A stretch of 64,000 bases of DNA from an uncultured delta proteobacterium (lineage in GTDB: Bacteria > Myxococcota_A > Polyangia > Fen-1088), in NCBI GenBank assembly GCA_963755125.1, contig CAVWIP010000018.1, positions 128,001 through 192,000 on the forward strand, given 5' to 3'. Made by a program: the position numbers and the translations under genes. Shown piece by piece: positions 51,677 to 59,409 of the stretch. Under the pieces are notes generated by a model. That model worked only from the letters and a program-made list of their open reading frames with translations. It ran no database searches and was not told where the DNA came from. Each line of letters starts with the position of its first letter. The first letter of the stretch is position 1.

Positions 51677-53317
51677 ATGAGGCGGGAACGAAACACCTTG
51701 GTGGGTACGCCCACCGTCATCGCGCCGGGATCTCTCTTCCTGGTGGGTGAGTTTGGCTTGCCCGAGGAAGAGGTGGCCGTGCTGGCCGCGCTCTCGAGTC
51801 ACGCGACCGCCCAGTATTTCCCCGATGTGGCGCCCCTCTCGCCGCTGGTAGCGGCCGTGGTCGAGCGCGCCAAGGCCTATCTGGGGGAAGCATCCTCGGC
51901 GCTGCCCCCAGGCTCGGTCTTGCTGAGCCCACCCGAGGATGGGGAGAACGGGGAAGCAATCGCCTTCGACACCACACCCGCCATCGCAGTGGCCACGGCC
52001 GCCGCTGTCTTCGAGACGGCGGGACAGTCGATCAACGAGCGCAAGGACGAGATCCTGGTGGTCGCCGAGGCTGCCCATCGGGCCATTCACCCCGGGACCA
52101 GCGCGGAGGGCGAACTGGCCGCCGCCCTGTATGGCGGCCTGATCAAGGTCGTCGTCCAAGCCGCCGCAGCTCCGCGCATCGAAGCCCTGCCGCCGCCCTC
52201 GGAGCTGCATCTCGTCGTGCTTCAGACGGGCCAGGCCCTGTTCCCGGCTGGCTGGCTGGCGAGCGTGCAGCAGTTTGCCGGCCGTGAGCGCACGGCGTAT
52301 GCGCAGATCATCGACGAACTACTCGAGCAGGCCAGCCGTTTCGCGGCCGACCTTTCCAAAGGCAATGCCACAGCCGCCATTGCCTCGGCGGAGCGCTACG
52401 GACGTTGCCTCACGCAACTTGCGGCTGCCGCCTCGGTGCCCCTGCAATCCGAGGCCTTCCTGCAAGCCGCGGCGTTGGCCAAGGAAATTGGTGGCATCGC
52501 CAAGACCACCAACTACGGCGACCTCGGTATCGCGATGTTCGCGACGCCCGAGGCCGCCAACCTGTTCGCCCGCGCCTGCCGGCCCCCGCTGATCGCGATC
52601 CCTCTCGACCTGGATCGTTCCGGCGTGCGTCGCCTGGCTCTCAGCCAGACCGGGGAATCTGCGGTCGTCCACACACCCGCGCCCACGACTGGCGCTTCGT
52701 CCATTTCGGCCGAAGCGATCGTGCGGACCTCGGTCCACGATCGCACCACAGAGAAGACGCTGTCCGAGTCAGACGAGCCCCCTCCCACACCGCGCCCGGC
52801 AATCACCCGGGCCGCAGAACCAGCGACCGAGGAAGAGAAGGCACCCGAGGAACCCTCCCCGCAAGATCAACTCCGGCTGCGGCCGCCCCGCAACCGCGCC
52901 AAGGTCGGCCTGGCCATCGGCGGCGTGCTCATCGCCGCAGCCCTTCTGGCAGTCTGGCTGACCAAGCCCTTTGCCCACACACCGCTCGGCGCCCGACCGG
53001 CGCTGAACATCCCTTCCCTCCCTCCGCCCGCCAGCCGCACACCCGCCACCCCGCCTTCCAACGCCGAACCGGTCCCGACGCCGGGTGAGGCAGCCGCGCC
53101 CTCGGTCGCCCGGCCGAGCGATTCGCAGCCGGCGGTTGCGAAGACGCATAACCCTGCCCATCGCGCGCACGCGCTTTTGTCGGGCAAGGCCAGCGACAAG
53201 GGGCCCTCGGCTGCCTCACCCGCAGAAGCCACGTCGCGCCCGAAGCCGGCAGCCCCGCCCGCACATAATGAATCTCCCAAGCTGCGCGCCGGAAGACTAT
53301 CCCCGGACGATTTCTAG
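51677..53317 (+). CDS. Degenerate GHMP (phosphomevalonate kinase-like) domain plus TM and Pro-rich tail
   Basis: APGSLFLVGE, AAALYGG, GGIAKTTNYGD; TM LAIGGVLIAAALLAVWL; ends RAGRLSPDDF. Confidence 0.75.
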   Translation: MRRERNTLVGTPTVIAPGSLFLVGEFGLPEEEVAVLAALSSHATAQYFPDVAPLSPLVAAVVERAKAYLGEASSALPPGSVLLSPPEDGENGEAIAFDTTPAIAVATAAAVFETAGQSINERKDEILVVAEAAHRAIHPGTSAEGELAAALYGGLIKVVVQAAAAPRIEALPPPSELHLVVLQTGQALFPAGWLASVQQFAGRERTAYAQIIDELLEQASRFAADLSKGNATAAIASAERYGRCLTQLAAAASVPLQSEAFLQAAALAKEIGGIAKTTNYGDLGIAMFATPEAANLFARACRPPLIAIPLDLDRSGVRRLALSQTGESAVVHTPAPTTGASSISAEAIVRTSVHDRTTEKTLSESDEPPPTPRPAITRAAEPATEEEKAPEEPSPQDQLRLRPPRNRAKVGLAIGGVLIAAALLAVWLTKPFAHTPLGARPALNIPSLPPPASRTPATPPSNAEPVPTPGEAAAPSVARPSDSQPAVAKTHNPAHRAHALLSGKASDKGPSAASPAEATSRPKPAAPPAHNESPKLRAGRLSPDDF

Positions 53318-53377
53318 CAGCCCAGGCGCCGCCATCGCGGCTAGGTCAAGGCATCCGCGGACCGCACCCGAAGCTGA

Positions 53378-56300
53378 CTATTGGCACAGGCCAGTAGACG
53401 GATTGCATACCGACGGGGGAGTACAGGACACGGGGTTGGTACCCGTGCACACGCCCGCCAAGCAGGTGTCCGTGAGCGTGCACGCATTGCCGTCGTTGCA
53501 GGTTGTCCCGTCGGGCTGGTTGGCGAAGCTGCACGTCCCATCCCCGTTGCACGTCCCCGTCCCTTGATGGCACTGGTCCGGGGCAGTGCAGGTATAGGGC
53601 GTGCCGGCACAGACCCCTCCCGTACACACATCGTTCTGCGTGCACGCGTTCCCGTCGTTACAGCCTGTCCCGTCGGTCTTGTTGGCGAAGCTGCACGTCC
53701 CATCCCCGTTGCACGTCCCTGCCTGATGGCACTGGTCTGGGGCTGCGCAGGTATAACTGGTCCCGCCGCACACTCCGCCCGTGCATACGTCGTTCTGCGT
53801 GCACGCATTCCCGTCGTTGCAGCCTGTCCCGTCGGTCTTGTTGGCGAAGCTGCACGTCCCATCCCCGTTGCACGTCCCTGCCTGATGGCACTGGTCTGGG
53901 GCTGCGCAGGTATAACTGGTCCCGCCACACACTCCGCCCGTGCACACGTCGTTCTGCGTGCACGCGTTCCCGTCGTTACAGCCTGTCCCGTCGGTCTTGT
54001 TGGCGAAGCTGCACGTCCCATCCCCGTTGCACGTCCCTGCCTGATGGCACTGGTCAGGCGCAGCGCAGGTATAACTGGTCCCGCCGCACACTCCGCCCGT
54101 GCATACGTCGTTCTGCGTGCACGCATTCCCGTCGTTGCAGCCTGTCCCGTTGGTCTTGTTGGCAAAGCTGCACGTCCCATCCCCGTTGCACGTCCCTGCC
54201 TGATGGCACTGGTCAGGCGCAGCGCAGGTATAACTGGTCCCGCCGCACACTCCGCCCGTGCACACGTCGTTCTTCGTGCACGCGTTCCCGTCGTTGCAGA
54301 CCGTCCCGTCGGCCTTGTTGGCAAAGCTGCACGTCCCATCCCCGTTGCACGTCCCTGCCTGATGGCACTGGTCAGGCGCAGCGCAGGTATAGCTGGTCCC
54401 GCCGCAGACTCCACCCGTGCACACGTCGTTCTTCGTGCACGCATTCCCGTCGTTGCATGCCGTCCCGTCCGTCTTGTTGGCGAAGCTGCACGTCCCATCC
54501 CCGTTGCACGTCCCTGCCTGATGGCACTGGTCAGGGGCTGCGCAAGTATAACTGGTCCCGCCGCACACTCCACCCGTGCACACGTCGTTCTTCGTACACG
54601 CATTCCCGTCGTTGCACGCTGTCTCGTCCGTCTTGTTGGCGAAGCTGCACGTCCCATCCCCGTTGCACGTCCCCACCTGATGGCACTGGTCAGGCGCAGC
54701 GCAGGTATAACTGGTCCCGCCGCACACTCCACCCGTGCACACGTCGTTCTTCGTGCACGCATTCCCGTCGTTGCACGCTGTCCCGTTGGTCTTGTTGGCG
54801 AAGCTGCACGTCCCATCCCCGTTGCACGTCCCCACCTGATGGCACTGGTCTGGCGCAGCGCAGGTATAACTGGTCCCGCCGCACACTCCACCCGTGCACA
54901 CGTCGTTCTTCGTGCACGCATTCCCGTCGTTGCATGCCGTCCCGTCCGTCTTGTTGGCGAAGCTGCACGTCCCATCCCCGTTGCACGTCCCCGCCTGATG
55001 GCACTGGTCTGGGGCTGCGCAGGAATAGCTGCTGCCGCTGCAGATTCCACCCGTGCATACGTCGTTCTTCGTGCATGCGTTTCCGTCGTTGCATGCCGTC
55101 CCGTCGGTCTTGGTGGTAAAGCTGCACGTTCCATCGCCGTTGCAGGTGCCTCCCTGATGGCACTGGTCCGGGGTGCACGAATAGGGGGTGCCGGCACAGG
55201 TGCCGCCCGTGCACGTATCCTTGCTCGTACACGCATTCCCGTCGTTGCAGGACGATGCTTGTTGGCAAGCGCCAGCTCCGTCGCAGTTTCCCGTGTTACC
55301 GCACTTGCCTGAGCCTGAAGCAGGGCAAGTGACTGGCGTTGTGGTGAGTGGCGGCTTGCCAACACCTATCGGAGTGCATGTCCCTCGGTTGGGGGTGACA
55401 CAGCTCTGGCAGCCACCACCGCACTGTTCATTGCAACAGACGCCCTCGGGAGAACAAAACCCGCTCGTGCAGTCGGTCGGCAGAACGCAAGTCGACCCAT
55501 TTCCCAACGTACTACCACACTGACCCAGAACACAGGTCGTACCGCTCGTGCTCGAGCAGTCGTTGTTCGTCGTACATCCGGTCAGGCAGTTGGGACTCGT
55601 GGAACTGCAGACATAGTTTCCGCACGACGGGGTGGCACCCGGCTGACACGTGCCCTTTCCGTCACAGGTGGCCGGCAATGTGTGGGTGGTTCCAGTGCAG
55701 CTCTCCTGCCCGCAAACCGTGCCGATCGTCTGGGGGTGGCAGGCACCGTTTCCATCGCACGTGCCGTCGTCGGTACAGTCGGCCTTCTTTACACAACCCG
55801 AGTTGGGATCCGAGCCGCCCAGAGGCACATCGTGGCAATTGCCCGCCGCGATGGTTCCGGTGGCTTTGCAGGTCTTGCACAGTCCGCCAGAGGCAGCACT
55901 AGAACAAGCGTTCTCGCAACAAACCCCCTCGGTGCAGAAACCGCTCTGGCACTCGTCGGACGCGGCACAGGTAGCTCCGTTCCCTTTCGGGCCACAGGTG
56001 GGCACCCCGGACGTGGGGACCACGCAACTGTTGGGTGAGACGCAGTCCTGAGTCTGTGTTGCCGGAGTGCACGTGGTCTTGCACGCACCGGAGCTACACT
56101 GGAATGTGCCGCATGGCTGATTGGATGGAGTCACGCAGGCACCCTTACCATCGCAGGTCGAGGCCGGGGTGACCGCAGACGTGCCGGCGCAGGCGGCGGG
56201 CTTGCAGTTTCCGCCCCAGTAGGCGCAATTCCCCTTCACGCAGTTTCCCGTGGTGCCACAGGTGTTGGACTGCGTCGCGACGCAAATTTTTTGCGGGTCC

Positions 56301-58072
56301 GGGGCGTTGTCGGCCACCGCGGTACAAATCCCGTTCGTCGCGTTGAGGTTGCAGGCCATGCACGCGGCCGTGCACGCGCTATTGCAGCACACGCCCTGGG
56401 CACAGAAACCCGACTTGCACTCGGTCCCCGCGCCGCAAATCGCCCCATTCGGCTTGAGACCGCAGGAAGCGCCGGTGCAGACGTCTCCAGATGCGCACTG
56501 GATGTTGCTGCTGGTGCAATTTCCGTAGCAGGTGGCCCCGTTGCAAACGTAGGGATTGCAGGGGCTCGATTGCGGGGCCGCGCACTGGCCAGACCCATTG
56601 CACGTGGAGGCCGGGGTATGGAGCCCTGCCACACAAGTCTGGGGGGCACACACGGTGCCGACTGGGTAGGTTTGGCAGGCCCCGTTGCCGTCGCACACGC
56701 CATTGGTCGAGCAGGAAGCAGCACCCAGATCCTTGCAGGTATTGCGCGGATCTGGAGCGCCGGTGGCCACGTTCGAGCAGTGTCCCGGCGAGCTGGCCAG
56801 GCTGCAGCTTCGGCAGGGACCGGCACAAGCGGTGTCACAACAGACCTGGTCAACGCACTGGCCCGACTCGCACTCGGTGGCATCCGCGCAAGGCTGCCCG
56901 GGGCTCTTCTGGCCGCAGGTCCCGCTGGTGACACCATTGAGGGTTTGCGACACGCACTGGTGTCCAACGTCACAGTACGCGTCGCTCGTACAGGTCTGGG
57001 TACACGCACCATTCGTGCAAAGGAAGGGCGAGCAATCCACCAGTTGGGCATCCCGGCAAGCACCCTGGCCGTCGCAGGTCCGAGGTGTGTTCTCGACCGT
57101 GCCCGAGCAAGAGGACGAACCGCACGGCGAATTCTCCGGGTACAGGGTGCATGAGCCCAAGCCATCGCAAAGGCCGGTGTCGCCGCAGGTAGTTACGTCG
57201 CTGGCATTGCACACGGGGTCGGACTGGCCCGCAGGAATGAACGAGCAGAGGCCCACCGATCCGGTCTGATTGCACGACACGCATGGGCCACTGCACGCGA
57301 CGTTGCAGCACACCCCATCCGCGCAGAAGCCCGAGGTACACTCGGCCGCGCCCGTCGGGCAGGGCTGGCCGGTGGCTTTCGTGCCGCAGCTCGCAGCTAC
57401 GCACTGCTGTCCAGCCGCGCACTGGGCATTGGTCGTGCAAGCAAGGGCGCATCGGTTGGTCGCTGGATCGCAAGTGTAGGGCGGACAGGGCAGGGTACTG
57501 CCCTCGGAGCACTTGCCGTTGCCGTCGCAGGAAAGGATGCCCGTCACGCTGTCCCCGTCGCACGTGCCGGCCTTGCACTCGGTGCCATTCACGTAAAGGC
57601 GACACCCGCCCTGTCCGTCGCAGGTTCCATCCTGCCCGCAGGTCGCAGGCGTGCTGGCTGCGCAGACCAGGGGATCGTTGGGTTTCACACCCGACGGAAC
57701 GAAAGCACAGTCACCCAGGGAGCTGGGCAGGTTGCAGGCTTTGCACGTCTGTCCACAGGCCGAGGTGCAACAGAGCCCGTCCACGCAGAATCCGGTCTGG
57801 CACTCGTCGTCGCAGCTACAGGATTCGGCCTTCCCCTTGGACTTGCTGACCGTGCCCGGCGAACAAACGTTGGTCTGCTGGGCGTCTGCGGTGCCGGAGC
57901 CGTCGGAGGCTCTGACGTCGTTCTTCCCGCCATCCAACGTGCCGCTACCGCCATCAACGCCGACCTTGCCGAAGGTGCTCTTCGTGCAACCACCGGCGCC
58001 CAAGACCGCGCACAGGGCAAGAGCGCCCCAGAACGATCCCTGAATTCCAACTCGCCACGAATCAGCTCTCAT
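53378..58072 (-). CDS. Giant Cys-rich repeat lipoprotein
   Basis: AGGC lipobox; repeated C.SG.C.DGVCC..AC...C.SC modules; 53-aa C-terminal tandem repeats. Confidence 0.88.
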   Translation of the reverse strand: MRADSWRVGIQGSFWGALALCAVLGAGGCTKSTFGKVGVDGGSGTLDGGKNDVRASDGSGTADAQQTNVCSPGTVSKSKGKAESCSCDDECQTGFCVDGLCCTSACGQTCKACNLPSSLGDCAFVPSGVKPNDPLVCAASTPATCGQDGTCDGQGGCRLYVNGTECKAGTCDGDSVTGILSCDGNGKCSEGSTLPCPPYTCDPATNRCALACTTNAQCAAGQQCVAASCGTKATGQPCPTGAAECTSGFCADGVCCNVACSGPCVSCNQTGSVGLCSFIPAGQSDPVCNASDVTTCGDTGLCDGLGSCTLYPENSPCGSSSCSGTVENTPRTCDGQGACRDAQLVDCSPFLCTNGACTQTCTSDAYCDVGHQCVSQTLNGVTSGTCGQKSPGQPCADATECESGQCVDQVCCDTACAGPCRSCSLASSPGHCSNVATGAPDPRNTCKDLGAASCSTNGVCDGNGACQTYPVGTVCAPQTCVAGLHTPASTCNGSGQCAAPQSSPCNPYVCNGATCYGNCTSSNIQCASGDVCTGASCGLKPNGAICGAGTECKSGFCAQGVCCNSACTAACMACNLNATNGICTAVADNAPDPQKICVATQSNTCGTTGNCVKGNCAYWGGNCKPAACAGTSAVTPASTCDGKGACVTPSNQPCGTFQCSSGACKTTCTPATQTQDCVSPNSCVVPTSGVPTCGPKGNGATCAASDECQSGFCTEGVCCENACSSAASGGLCKTCKATGTIAAGNCHDVPLGGSDPNSGCVKKADCTDDGTCDGNGACHPQTIGTVCGQESCTGTTHTLPATCDGKGTCQPGATPSCGNYVCSSTSPNCLTGCTTNNDCSSTSGTTCVLGQCGSTLGNGSTCVLPTDCTSGFCSPEGVCCNEQCGGGCQSCVTPNRGTCTPIGVGKPPLTTTPVTCPASGSGKCGNTGNCDGAGACQQASSCNDGNACTSKDTCTGGTCAGTPYSCTPDQCHQGGTCNGDGTCSFTTKTDGTACNDGNACTKNDVCTGGICSGSSYSCAAPDQCHQAGTCNGDGTCSFANKTDGTACNDGNACTKNDVCTGGVCGGTSYTCAAPDQCHQVGTCNGDGTCSFANKTNGTACNDGNACTKNDVCTGGVCGGTSYTCAAPDQCHQVGTCNGDGTCSFANKTDETACNDGNACTKNDVCTGGVCGGTSYTCAAPDQCHQAGTCNGDGTCSFANKTDGTACNDGNACTKNDVCTGGVCGGTSYTCAAPDQCHQAGTCNGDGTCSFANKADGTVCNDGNACTKNDVCTGGVCGGTSYTCAAPDQCHQAGTCNGDGTCSFANKTNGTGCNDGNACTQNDVCTGGVCGGTSYTCAAPDQCHQAGTCNGDGTCSFANKTDGTGCNDGNACTQNDVCTGGVCGGTSYTCAAPDQCHQAGTCNGDGTCSFANKTDGTGCNDGNACTQNDVCTGGVCGGTSYTCAAPDQCHQAGTCNGDGTCSFANKTDGTGCNDGNACTQNDVCTGGVCAGTPYTCTAPDQCHQGTGTCNGDGTCSFANQPDGTTCNDGNACTLTDTCLAGVCTGTNPVSCTPPSVCNPSTGLCQ
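53480..55250. repeat. About 11 tandem 159-bp repeats (53 aa, 8 Cys each)
   Basis: Unit CNDGNACT(K/Q)NDVCTGGVCGGTSYTCAAPDQCHQAGTCNGDGTCSFANKTDGT(A/G); the DNA anchor recurs every 159 bp. Confidence 0.95.
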
Positions 58073-58173
58073 TGAGACACCCCCAAGGCGTGAGAAGACA
58101 TGAATGGGCTTGCTATGGATCGCCACCCACCCATTGTCGTTGGATTCCGATGCAGTTCTGCACAGCAGAAAGG

Positions 58174-59091
58174 CTAGTAGTCTGGACAGTAGCCATACTC
58201 AATGCTCCACGTCGTCAAGCAGGTTCGACCGCCGGTAGGACAGGGATTGGCGTCGTTGCAGACGCGGTGGCAGAAGCCATTTACGCAGGTGTTCGCCGTC
58301 ATGCAGTCGTGTGGGGAGGAGCAGAAAGAGCCATTCTGACCGCCCCCGTAGCTGAACTCACAAACCGTACGGCTATGGTTTGTTATCGGGTCAGGGGAAG
58401 CCAGCAGGCAAAACTGGTTGGAGGCACAGGGGCTAGTGCCCGGGGCGGCGAAGGGATCGCAGCATTGCGAATTTGGGCCGCACTCATCGTAGGGAGGATC
58501 GCAGACATAGACCTGAGGACCTTGCGGGAAGAGGTAGCGCTGGCCACAGTCCACCGCCCCGATGCAGTCTGCCGTGCTGGTGCAAAGGCTGAAGCAGTAC
58601 CAAGAGTTGGTCCCGCTGATGGGCTGGAGGCAGATGCTCCCTGGGACGCAGTTGTCGTTCTGAGACGCAGAGCCAGAGGAATTCACTCCGCAGGGCTGAA
58701 AGACAGTCTGTTTTCCCGTGGCGGCGCATGTCGGCTGCGCCGTCGCGCCCGCGAGTGCATAGGTGCATTTCTGGTTGCACCAATTGCAGGCACCCGTCTG
58801 GCAGACCGGATCGCAGATTCCCGCCGTGCTCGCAGAGCAGGCCAAGGGGGTCGCGGGACAAGTCAGTGTCACATCTGGCCCAGGCCCGGAGTCCACAGCG
58901 GCCCCGGAATCCCCGGCACCCGCGCCGCCGTCAACAGTCCCTGAGTCCCCGGCGCCCCCAGAAATCCCGGAACCCCCCGCGCCCCCAGCGCCACCCGGGA
59001 CTGGGACAAAACTCGCCTTGGTGCAAGCAGCGCTCGACGCCAGCAGGACGGCAAGCCAGCTCGACAGCAGGTCTCTCGGGAGATTTCTCAT
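58174..59091 (-). CDS. Cys-rich lipoprotein
   Basis: SAAC lipobox; CDPVCQTG.C and CDPF motifs; ends YGYCPDY. Confidence 0.85.
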   Translation of the reverse strand: MRNLPRDLLSSWLAVLLASSAACTKASFVPVPGGAGGAGGSGISGGAGDSGTVDGGAGAGDSGAAVDSGPGPDVTLTCPATPLACSASTAGICDPVCQTGACNWCNQKCTYALAGATAQPTCAATGKQTVFQPCGVNSSGSASQNDNCVPGSICLQPISGTNSWYCFSLCTSTADCIGAVDCGQRYLFPQGPQVYVCDPPYDECGPNSQCCDPFAAPGTSPCASNQFCLLASPDPITNHSRTVCEFSYGGGQNGSFCSSPHDCMTANTCVNGFCHRVCNDANPCPTGGRTCLTTWSIEYGYCPDY

Positions 59092-59293
59092 GAGTTGGTC
59101 GTCAGGTGGAAAGTCAGTCTAGCGGGAACGAGTTTTCCAGGCGAGCGACTATTTGATGCCCGACCGGAGCCATCCCGCACACGCGAACCGGTTATTGCCC
59201 AATCCATAGCGCGTTGCAATGGCTTCTCGGGCACGCAGGTCGACCTCTGACCCGAGCGCCCTCAGGCAGCCGAGGCTCGACAGCGCGCAGAGC

Positions 59294-59395
59294 CTACTCG
59301 CGCCTGCGGCGTCGAATGGCTGCAATTCCCAGCAAGGCCAACATCCACGCGGACGCCGAACGCGATTCAAACCAGCGACAATCGCTCGCTGGCAT
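59294..59395 (-). other. Orphan MYXO-CTERM-like sorting-signal peptide or remnant
   Basis: MPASDCRWFESRSASAWMLALLGIAAIRRRRRE*. Confidence 0.4.
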
Positions 59396-59409
59396 GCGGC
59401 CGAGACCCC

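Noticed and set aside
53500..55250. Regular repeats that could be mistaken for a CRISPR array; long alternative ORFs of 538-674 aa
   Set aside because: No unique spacers. The units are in-frame 159-bp coding repeats and the other frames are shadows.
59350..59400. GTCGCTGGTTTGAATC on the minus strand, resembling a tRNA T-loop
   Set aside because: No T-stem pairing or cloverleaf.
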